From the NCBI GenBank assembly GCA_963789265.1, contig CAWBKB010000004.1, positions 96,001 through 160,000 of the forward strand: a stretch of 64,000 nt of DNA, in the 5' to 3' direction. This DNA comes from an uncultured delta proteobacterium. GTDB lineage: Bacteria; Desulfobacterota; Desulfomonilia; Desulfomonilales; Desulfomonilaceae. Shown here piece by piece: positions 40,320 through 49,811 of this stretch (its first letter is position 1; each line of letters starts with the position of its first letter). A model generated the notes under the pieces. The model was not told the origin of the DNA. It was given only the letters and a program-made list of their open reading frames with translations, and did not search any database. The position numbers were made by a program, and so were the translations under genes.

Positions 40320-42389
40320 AGGAATTGAGTCTTAAACTCCCCTTCAACCCGTTCGTGGACATTGCGGTAGGCAATCCCTGGAAATCCGACGAGCCCGACG
40401 TCAGGAGCATAAACGCCGCAGCCTACAACGGCTTGCTTGGGCTGATCAAACAGCTCGTCAAGACTCCGCATTTGGCGGCACTGGTTCTGGGGTCTGCCGG
40501 GAGCGGAAAGACTCACTTAATCAAAAGGCTGTTGCAATCCCGTGACGCGAATGTGCTGTTCGTATACGTTCACCCGATGAAGGATCACAAAAGGGTATTC
40601 ACGACTCTCATGGAGCATGTTTCCACAAATCTGGCAGCCCGTCCGCCTTGGGTCAATGAATCGGCACATGCGACTCAGCTCGATCTCACGGTGGTTAATG
40701 TGATAACAGCAGCTTTCGAGAACTACCTTTGCTTGAATCCGGAGGACCCTGGAAGAATCTACCTTAAAAGCATCAAGAAAGATCCTTTGAAGATTCTGTC
40801 ATTCAGGAAGTCCCCGAAATGGAACGTACTTATCGACAATGCCCAGGAATTTCTGAAAGATAGGCCTTCCTTTCGCAGCGTGACCTCAAGGAAAGTGCTG
40901 CGAGCAATGTTTCAGTATCTCGACAAATCCAAGCGGGAAGCAGTGCGCACTTTTCTCAGCGGCACAATTCCCGATCAAGAAGAATGTGAGGCTCTTGGCC
41001 TTAGATACGGCGAAGGGGACTGGTCAATTGAAGCCCAAGAACAGCGATCCAAAGACATTCTAAAGACAGTCGGCGGCCTGTTGGAATTCTATCGCCCAAT
41101 GGTGTTGTGCTTCGATCAACTGGATTCCATTGAAGGGCCTGAATTGATAAGGGCAATAGGAACCCTCTTCATGGACATCGTGAACGAAATCGAAAACATC
41201 CTGCCAATCGCATTCATGAGGCCGGAGAACTGGGAGAATCATTTCAAGAAGCAATTGGACCGATCTGCCGAGGACCGAATGACATCTCAAAGCCTTTCGC
41301 TGGAGGGGTGCAATTTAGAGCAAGCCCTCGATATCGTCAGAGAAAGACTAGCCTGGGCATTTCAGTCAGCTTCAGAGGTTCCGCCGGATCCCTTCTTCCC
41401 CCTTGATCGCCCTATGATTGAAAAACGGCTGAAAGGTGTGACCAGCCCGCGTGACGTCCTGTCCATAGCCCTCAATGTGCTTTCCAAAGGGAAACAGCCC
41501 TGGGGTCGAGAAGATCCTACGGAGGTGGTGAAGAAGCAGTTCGAAGCCGAACGTGAAAAGCTGCTGGCGTTAGGCGAACAAGAGCCGGTACGCCAAGACA
41601 CGGTGGTAGCGGCTTTAAAATTGTACTTCGAAAACCAACAAGATCGGCATGGATATCGAGCCACCAATGTCGAAGTGTCAGGCGAGGACATCCGACTTCG
41701 GGCTAAACCGGCCGACGGGGCACATCAGGAAAGAATAGTCGAAATACGCGTCGAGACGGCTATCCATTGGAACCCACTTAGCAAATCTCTCGAGAGACTC
41801 AAAAGATCAATAGAAGGGAACTTGAGTGACTTCGCGTTTCTTATCCGGGATGATCGGTGCCGGATCCCTCCAAAGAAAGGATCTATGCCAAAGACAGTCG
41901 AGAAGCTGAGAGAGTTTCAACGTGCAGGCGGTCATTTGCATTACATTGATTACCAGAACCCTCACTTCACTTTACGCTCTGGTGTATACGTGGGATAAAA
42001 TCCGAGCGGGCGATCTTTCTTATGTTTCGGGAGAACATGAAGAGCGCGAAGTAGTCGACACAGCAAACTTTCTTGAATTCGTGAGGGAAGAATTTGATTG
42101 CGACATGCTTAACCGGATGGAACTCCAGTTCTTGGAGGCGGGGCATGCTAAAAGACTGACAGTGGCGCGGCCAAGCGCACAAAAAGAGAAAGAAATCTAT
42201 TCAGCTATCCAGTCCATTCTTGATGAGGCTCCTTACAAACTCAAACTGGAGCAAATACTGGTGCGGCTTCAAGAAAAGGGCATCGTGAAGGATCTGCCTC
42301 ACAGCTTTTTAGCCGAACTGATTGGCAAGCACAGCGACAGGTTCGGTAATATCAGCGTTACACCGCCCATCTACTTTCTGAAGAAGTAA
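40316..42389 (+). CDS. P-loop/AAA-type ATPase, +1 frameshift about 41958
   Basis: FNPF..VGNPW, GSAGSGKTHL Walker A, VLCFDQLD Walker B, FFPLD. Continues in ORF 41922-42389. Confidence 0.82.
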
Positions 42390-42490
42390 CCGGCGAAGAT
42401 TCGACTTACTCAAATTCGGAGAACCTGCCGGTGCCCTCGGCCGCTTTCTTGTGAGCTAGGGTTCCTCTGTTGAACCATTGCAGCAACAGG

Positions 42491-42614
42491 GTAACCATTC
42501 ACTTACGTGGGGCAGGCTTTCCAGCCTGCCTTTGTGTTAACTTGGCTGACGGCAGGCTGGAAAGCCTGCCCCACAGGTTTGGTGACACTTTCCCGCTGAA
42601 AACTGAATACTTAC
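42491..42614. repeat. GTGG-type REP doublet inside short IS-like inverted ends
   Basis: Perfect 24-bp IR GTGGGGCAGGCTTTCCAGCCTGCC / GGCAGGCTGGAAAGCCTGCCCCAC (42507-42574). Outer GTAACCATTCA / TGAATACTTAC. Confidence 0.75.
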
Positions 42615-42827
42615 GCAACCGGCCACATAAAGCTTGACCGATTCAACGGCTTGTGCCATGTAAGAAACAATGAATATATCATTCCAAACCTAGGCACAGT
42701 CTGAATAAGTCGTATGGCTTAACGTCTTTCAGCCCCATCGCTCCGTATATAGTCCATGGGAAAGTTGCCAATCTAAACCTCAAAGTCACCAACCACAAAA
42801 AACTCTGTGAGAGAGGAGGACTTGCTT

Positions 42828-45800
42828 ATGGATGCCACTCGCCGGGAGTTTTTGGTAGTCTCCGGCATACTGGGCACAGGTGTGGCGCTGTCATCGCTGG
42901 GACTCGATTTAAGGTCGGCCAAGGCTTATGCCGACGCACTCAAAATCAATAAGCTGAAGGCGGCAAAACACTCCACGTCGATCTGTCCGTACTGCTCAGT
43001 GGGCTGCGGATTAATGGTCAGCATCGAGTCGAAAACCGGAAGGATCATCAACATCGAAGGCGACCCGGATCACCCGATCAACGAAGGATCGCTTTGTTCC
43101 AAGGGCTCAGCCGTTTTCCAGACCACGGCGAACAATCCCAACAGGCTTAAGAAAGTGCTTTATCGAGCGCCTTACAGTGAGAAGTGGGAGGAAAAGTCGT
43201 GGGATTGGGCCATAACTGAGATCGCCAAACGAGCAAAGAAGACCCGAGATGCCTCCTTTGTCGAAAAGAACGCCAAGAGGCAGGTGGTTAATAGAACTGA
43301 AGCCATCGCTCATATCGGGAGCTCCAACATCGACAACGATGAGTGTTGGGCGTTTAATGGCCTAATGCGGTCGTTGGGTCTCGTTTATATCGACCATCAG
43401 GCCCGGATATGACACAGCCCGACAGTTGCGGCTCTGGGAGAGTCGTTCGGTCGAGGCGCAATGACCAATCACTGGATCGATCTGAAGAATAGTGATTGTT
43501 TTCTCATCATGGGCAGCAATGCTGCCGAAAACCATCCCATTTCCATGAAATGGGTGTTACGAGCCAAGGATCGGGGAGCAACGGTGATCTCCGTGGATCC
43601 GCGCTTCACCAGGACATCGGCCATAGCCGACTTCTGGACCGGTTTGCGTTCGGGGACCGACATCGCTTTCTTGGGTGGAATGATCAACTACATCCTGTCC
43701 AAGGACAAGTATTTCAAGGATTACGTCGTTAACTATACGAATGCTCCATTCATTGTTGACGAAAAGTTTTCGTTCAACGACGGACTCTTCTCCGGTTGGG
43801 ACCCGAAGAAGAAGAAATATGACAAGGCATCATGGGTGATCAAGAAGGACGCCAAGGGTTTGCCGCAGAAGGATATGACTCTCCAGAATCCCCAGTGCGT
43901 CTTGCAGTTGCTCAAAAAGCACTATTCGCGCTACACGCCTGAGAAGGTTTCCGACATCACGGGCACACCGGTCGAAGACCTCTTGAAAGTGTATGAAATC
44001 TATTCGGCCACAGGCCAAAAGGGGAAATCCGGCGCTATCATGTATGCTCTCGGATGGACCCATCATACGGTCGGCGTGCAGAATATCAGGGCCAGCGCTA
44101 TCCTCCAACTTCTTCTCGGCAATATTGGCGTCCCCGGCGGAGGGATCAATGCACTTCGAGGCCAGCCCAACGTTCAGGGTTCCACTGACGGTTGCCTCCT
44201 CTGGCACCTGCTCCCCGGATACCTGAAAGTTGCCAAGGCGTCTCAGCAAACATTGGCGGATTACAATAAGGCAAATACCCCGAAAACTTCTGATCCCATG
44301 TCGGCCAACTGGTGGGGCAACTATTCGAAGTACAGTGTGAGTCTGCTGAAGTCATACTATGGTGACAAGGCGACCAAAGACAACGACTTCGGCTATGCCT
44401 GGCTGCCGAAGCCCGACGATGGGAAGACGTACTCATGGCTGGACATCTTCGACGAGATGTACGCGGGCAGAATCAAGGGGTTGTTCTTGGTCAGTCAAAA
44501 TTGTGCCGGAAGCTCTCCCAACGCCAATAAGACTAACCGCGCCCTGGCCAAGCTGGATTGGTTGGTGCACACCAATATCTTCAACAACGAAAGCGCCTCC
44601 TTCTGGCATGGTCCCGGTATGGATCCTAAGAAGATCAAAACTGAAGTCTTCTTGCTGCCGGCCGCATGTTCCGTTGAGAAGGAAGGGAGTCTCACGAACA
44701 GCGGTCGATGGGTCCAATGGCGCCACAAGGCTGCTGATGCACCCGGAGATGCCATCTCGGACGGGGAAATGTGTGTAAGGATCGTCAACAAGCTCAAGGA
44801 ACTCTACAAGAAAGAAGGCGGTAAGTTCCCGGAGCCCATTCTCAACCTGAAATGGGATTACGTCGACGACAGGGGGCGGTTCGACACCCACAAGATGGCA
44901 AAGGAGCAGAACGGTTACTTCCTCAAAGATGTGGAAGTAAAAGGGCAGAAGTTCAAGAAGGGTGATTTGGTCCCGTCTTTTGCGTTCCTTATGGACGACG
45001 GTAGCACAGCGAGCGGAAACTGGCTCTATTGCGGGAGTTACACGAATAAGGGGAACATGATGGCCCGCAGGGGCAAAGAAGATCCTACAGGATTGGGCAT
45101 ATATCCCAATTGGTCCTGGTGCTGGCCGGTCAATAGGAGAGTCATCTACAACCGGGCATCGGTGGATCTCAATGGGCAGCCTTGGAATCCCGAGCGTCCT
45201 CTCATCAAGTGGGACGGAAAGAAGTGGGTCGGGGATGTGCCGGACGGTCCCTGGCCTCCCATGGGCGACAAGGCGGGTAAGTTGCCGTTCATCATGAAGC
45301 CGGACGGGGTGGCATCCTTGTTCGGGCCTGCGATGGTGGAAGGTCCTTTCCCCGAGCACTACGAGCCGGTGGAAAGCCCCCTCAAAGACAACCTGATGTC
45401 GAGCCAGCGCAACAACCCGGCCATCAAGCTGTACAACAGCGACATGGACAAGTATGCACAACACGATCCAAAATTTCCATTTGTATGCAGCACATACACG
45501 ATAACAGAACACTGGTGCTCCGGATCCATGACCCGGTGGCAGCCGTGGCTCCTTGAGGCTCAGCCGGAACTCTTCGTGGAGATCAGCGAAGAACTCGCCA
45601 AGGAACTCGGTATTAAGAAAGGTGATCGCGTAAAAGTTAGCTCTATCCGCGGTGAAGTTGAAGCAGTAGCAGTTGTAACGCCGCGTTTCCGTCCCTTCAA
45701 AGTGGGCGGAAAGACCGTTCATCAGGTGGGCATGCCGTTCGCCTTCGGGTGGCTCATTCCCAAATCGAAGAAGGACTCCTCAGCTAACCTGCTGACCCCC

Positions 45801-45869
45801 AGCGTTGGTGACCCCAACACCTTGTGTCCGGAGTACAAGGCGTTCATGGTCAACCTGACGAAGGTATAA
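42828..45869 (+). CDS. fdhA: Formate dehydrogenase alpha subunit, selenocysteine-containing, Tat-exported
   Basis: TRREFL Tat motif, CPYCSVGC...CSKG, DHQARI-TGA(43410-43412)-HSPTVAALGESFGRGAMTNHW in frame. 1013 aa, Sec195. Confidence 0.96.
43428..43446 (+). promoter_or_regulatory. SECIS element of fdhA
   Basis: GCGGCUCU-GGG-AGAGUCGU hairpin starting 15 nt after the UGA. Confidence 0.7.
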
Positions 45870-45882
45870 GGAGGTGTAAGCT

Positions 45883-46530
45883 ATGGCTCAAGGTTTTTCG
45901 ATACTTGTGGACACCTCCAGATGCACGGGATGCCGGGGGTGTCAGATTGCGTGCAAGCAGTGGAATCAATTACCTGCAACAGTTACGAAGAACTGGGGAA
46001 GCTACCAGAATCCCCAAGACTTATCAGCAGAAACGTGGAAGCTGGTCAGATTTTCGGATGGGGCCAATGGCGATGGTAAACCCTACTGGTATTTCTTCGT
46101 CGATCAATGCCGACACTGCCTATCACCGGCGTGCATGGCTGTAGCGGAGAAAGACGAGATAGTCCAGGATGAGAAAACCGGAGCCGTGCTCTATACGCCG
46201 AACACAAAAGACCTCGATTTCAAAGCCGTGCTCAAGGGGTGCCCGTACGATATCCCGAGGCAGGATTTGAAAACCAAGGTTCTGTTCAAGTGCACAATGT
46301 GCTTTGACAGAATCACGAACAATCAGATCCCCGCGTGTGTGAAAACGTGCCCAACCGGCGCGATGACGTTTGGCGAACGGACCAAGATACTGGCAATGGC
46401 CAAGAAGAGAGTAGAGGAACTGAAGAAGGTTTATCCTAAAGCAGTCGCACTGAACGCGGACGAAGCTAGAGTGATCTATGTAGTGAAGGATGAACCGCAA
46501 AAGTACTATAAGTTTGCGGCCGGCAAGTAG
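45883..46530 (+). CDS. fdhB: Formate dehydrogenase iron-sulfur (beta) subunit
   Basis: CTGCRGCQIACKQWN, QCRHC..PAC, CPYDIP, KCTMC.DR...PACVKTCP. Confidence 0.93.
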   Translation: MAQGFSILVDTSRCTGCRGCQIACKQWNQLPATVTKNWGSYQNPQDLSAETWKLVRFSDGANGDGKPYWYFFVDQCRHCLSPACMAVAEKDEIVQDEKTGAVLYTPNTKDLDFKAVLKGCPYDIPRQDLKTKVLFKCTMCFDRITNNQIPACVKTCPTGAMTFGERTKILAMAKKRVEELKKVYPKAVALNADEARVIYVVKDEPQKYYKFAAGK

Positions 46531-46555
46531 CTTGGAAATTTGAATTTGCCTCTGA

Positions 46556-46704
46556 GACCGATTCGCTTTCAAACAAGTGAGAATGGGCCGATAGCAAACG
46601 GCACTGACCTGGCGCCATGATGGTGCTTCCCGCGTGCCTCGGGAGGCTTTGTCAGATCCGTGCTGTATTTCCTTGATTGTTCACTGTTTGATCGCGCACT
46701 AGTA
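46556..46704. mobile_element. MITE, copy 1 of the 27-bp TIR family
   Basis: Left ACCGATTCGCTTTCAAACAAGTGA is the exact reverse complement of 60366-60389. Right TCACTGTTTGATCGCGCACTAGTA matches the other end of the 60.1-kb copy. Confidence 0.75.
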
Positions 46705-46788
46705 CAAGGCAGTAAGATTGGGGAACCCTTTTAAAAAGGGTGTTCCCCGATCTTCTTGTGGACAAGGAGTTCCCTTTTAATTCCTCGA

Positions 46789-48684
46789 CTACGTTTGTGC
46801 GGGAGTCGGTGCCGCGGTGTCTCCCAACCCCAGTTCTGTCAGCTTTTCTTTCGTGGGGATGCCGGTTTGTTTGTCCCATGCCCGCAATTCGTAGTATTCG
46901 TCCTTCATTTGTTCGAATTTGGCCTTGTCAAGGACCGCTCCTTCGTACTTGCCTCTGGGCAGCGGCTTTTCGAAAAACTTCTTTGGTAGAGAATCGTCGG
47001 CCCTGGTCAATCCTTGTCGAACGTCAAACATCCGCTCCAGATTTCTTATCCGTTCGGCTATTTGGAGCAGCCGCTCGATTTCCCACTCTTTGCCGGTTAC
47101 AACCCTGAAGAATTCCCAGGCTTTTGTCACATCGTGAAAGACGTGAAGTGTGTACGGCCACGTGCATATTCCCAGGCTGTCCGCGACGATTCCATCGTGT
47201 TCGGAAATGACGGTAGAGAGGGCCTTGCCCTGGTACGAATGGGGGATTGCGGCTTCTTCGCTACCGAATTTTGCCTTAGCAACTTGTTGGAACCATTCGG
47301 GAGCGTTGTGCCAATCAATCTCGATGAGGCTTCCACGCAGCGGCAGCGGGTCTCCGCGATGGCCAACGGCCTGCATGAGCGCCGAAGCATGAAACGCTCG
47401 GAATTCATAGGGATGCGGAGCCAGTCCCTTCACCAGATCCAATTTGTCGACCGCGGCAGGTCCGAAGCTCTCCGCTGCGACCCTTTGGCCCTCAGCCAGG
47501 AGGTCCCCATAGCCTTCGCGGTCGGCTATCTTTTGAATCGTAGTGAGTATTGCCTCCTTGTTGCCTCGTTCCATTGCGATGCCGTCCGTATCCTTCGCGG
47601 AGATAATACCTTCATGATAAAGCTCCATCAGCAAGCCTACGGAAGCGGACGTTTCGGTCGAGTCCAACCCCAGTCTGTTGGCCATGGATATGGCTTGCCA
47701 GAACACGTCCATGTCCAAATTCCAAACTGAGCCGGTGAAGCCGCTCCAAGGTTCGCATGTGGTATGGCCCTTACCTATTCCCGGCACGTTCAGGAAGTTC
47801 TTACAGCGAATAGGGCAGGCAAAACAGCCCACATTCTTGAGCTGATACTTTTCAACGTAATCCGGGCCCCCGTAATCTTTGATGATGTCTTCCCAGCATA
47901 CGTCCTCAAAGTACCCGACAGGAAAGAAGCTGAGGTCGTACATCATGGACACGAAACGGACATTCCCCCAGGTGGACAATTCCTTACACGCAGGGTGTTC
48001 TCGGATCTCTCGGTTAACGTCGATGGAGAGCTTCAGCATCTCGTCGGGCCTCGCCACGCCCACGCTGCCTGATCCTCGCACAGCGATCGCTTTGAGGTTC
48101 TTGGAGCCCATTACCGCGCCTATACCGGTTCTGCCGGCGGCCCCGGCGTACTCGGTTATTAGGCACGCGAAGCGAACCAGCTTCTCCCCAGCCGGTCCAA
48201 TGCATACAGATTTGATCTCGGGGTCACCCAATTCCTCCTGAATGACTTTCTGAGTCTCAAAAGTGTCTTTGCCCCACAAATGCGCGGCATCCCGTATTTC
48301 TACGCGACCGTCTTTGATCCAAACATAGCAAGGCTTCTCCGCTTTTCCGGTGATAATAATGTGGTCGAATCCCGCGTACTTGACTTCGGGCCCCCAATAA
48401 CCTCCAAAGTTGGATTTAGCTCTCAGATTGCTCATGGGCGAAAGCGCGGTTACATCGGTTCGGCCCGAAGAAGGCATTGCAGTACCCGTCAGTGGCCCCA
48501 TGTTGAAGATTAGAGGATTACCGGGATCGAACGCGGCGGTTCCCGGAGCAAGGTGATCGTACACGAGGCGAACGCCGATGCCCCTCCCTCCCAGAAAATC
48601 CTCAACATAGGGTTCGGTCGGTTCTGTGGAGACTTGCCCCTCACTCAGATTTATCTTTAGAATCTTGCCCACCCATCCGTACAT
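46789..48684 (-). CDS. Aldehyde:ferredoxin oxidoreductase (tungsten AOR family)
   Basis: SD AAGGAG. MYGWVGKILKINLS, FLGGRG, CIGPAGEKLV, GRTGIGAVMGSKNLKAI, CFACPIRC, DSLGIC, YYELRAWD..GIP. Confidence 0.93.
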   Translation of the reverse strand: MYGWVGKILKINLSEGQVSTEPTEPYVEDFLGGRGIGVRLVYDHLAPGTAAFDPGNPLIFNMGPLTGTAMPSSGRTDVTALSPMSNLRAKSNFGGYWGPEVKYAGFDHIIITGKAEKPCYVWIKDGRVEIRDAAHLWGKDTFETQKVIQEELGDPEIKSVCIGPAGEKLVRFACLITEYAGAAGRTGIGAVMGSKNLKAIAVRGSGSVGVARPDEMLKLSIDVNREIREHPACKELSTWGNVRFVSMMYDLSFFPVGYFEDVCWEDIIKDYGGPDYVEKYQLKNVGCFACPIRCKNFLNVPGIGKGHTTCEPWSGFTGSVWNLDMDVFWQAISMANRLGLDSTETSASVGLLMELYHEGIISAKDTDGIAMERGNKEAILTTIQKIADREGYGDLLAEGQRVAAESFGPAAVDKLDLVKGLAPHPYEFRAFHASALMQAVGHRGDPLPLRGSLIEIDWHNAPEWFQQVAKAKFGSEEAAIPHSYQGKALSTVISEHDGIVADSLGICTWPYTLHVFHDVTKAWEFFRVVTGKEWEIERLLQIAERIRNLERMFDVRQGLTRADDSLPKKFFEKPLPRGKYEGAVLDKAKFEQMKDEYYELRAWDKQTGIPTKEKLTELGLGDTAAPTPAQT

Positions 48685-49034
48685 TGTTTCGCTCCTTCGA
48701 AGCCTTATGCCTCGCCGGTAAGGTTCCTGCCTCCAGTGGTCACTGGACTGCCTGAGCGTCGAGCGACAACGGTTAGTTTTTCCCGACTGGAGGTCCGGAT
48801 GCATATTTACGGTAGTGAGCTGACAGGAAGCGAAAAAAGGGGGTTGCTTTTGATTTGACATAATTTACCGATCTTGTCAACGGCACCGGAAATAGATTCG
48901 GCCGGGCAATCAAGAGCGAGTTCATCACGACTGAGCATCTATAAGTATTTTTCGGGCAAGACCAACATTCTTGTAGGAGTAGTGTCGGCTTATATCACGG
49001 AAGTTAGATGTGCCCGCACGGACATAAAAAATTC

Positions 49035-49063
49035 TTGACAACCCGGACCACCGAGGTTAGGAT
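49035..49063 (+). promoter_or_regulatory. sigma70-like promoter far upstream of the mop operon
   Basis: TTGACA-17-TAGGAT. Confidence 0.45.
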
Positions 49064-49811
49064 TTAACTGTTCCTCAAAGTTTCTCTCCTTTGGCCTGTG
49101 CACATCAGATGTTGTGCCACTCGTGTGCAAGACAACCATCACTTTCAATCCACAGTAAGTTCTGAGGGAAGGCATCCTATGCGTAAGGCCTTCTGGCTAT
49201 CATTGCTGAGTCCGATTTGGCCGAACATCTGTTCTGGTCCGAGGAGAATCAGGAATAAGCAAGATCCGTCCGCACGTCGGTTGCGAAGCCAGGGCCAGCA
49301 TACTCGGATTAACTTTCCGTGAGAGATCGTAAAGCTGGGAGAATTAGGATCGGAAGATCTTGAGACGAGAATTTACTTGCTGACGGAACGAAACCAGGGG
49401 TTCTTATGAGGAAGATGGTATCGGCTCGCGAGGTTCCTGAAATGGTTTGTCGCCATGATGTTACCGGAATCAGGCTCGGCAAGTTCTAGGGGGGCTTCAA
49501 GAAATGCCCTTTAATAGATTTCGCGAATGTTCTGAGATTTCTCAACGTAGGCCAAGAGCATGCCTTTGTGTCGGCCTTGATACTAAGACTCGTGCGCGAG
49601 GATGATGGCGCAGTGTGAATAGTCCGGGCAGCGATAGGCGCTGGTGTGACGCTTTCACTGCCTTTCGAAGGCGAAATCAACACAGTCGCGGATTCCGAAG
49701 ATTTGCTGAAGTTCAATGTGGCAGCCCTGAATCAAGTCAACCAATCGAAGAGGTGGCTTACAGGCTGCGGGTTTTCTACAAAGTCATTATTAGCTTTGAA
49801 AGGAGGCCGAA

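Noticed and set aside
42807..45869. fdhA as two ORFs or a pseudogene
   Set aside because: The TGA is in frame at the canonical Sec ligand position (ARI-U-HS) with a SECIS-like hairpin.
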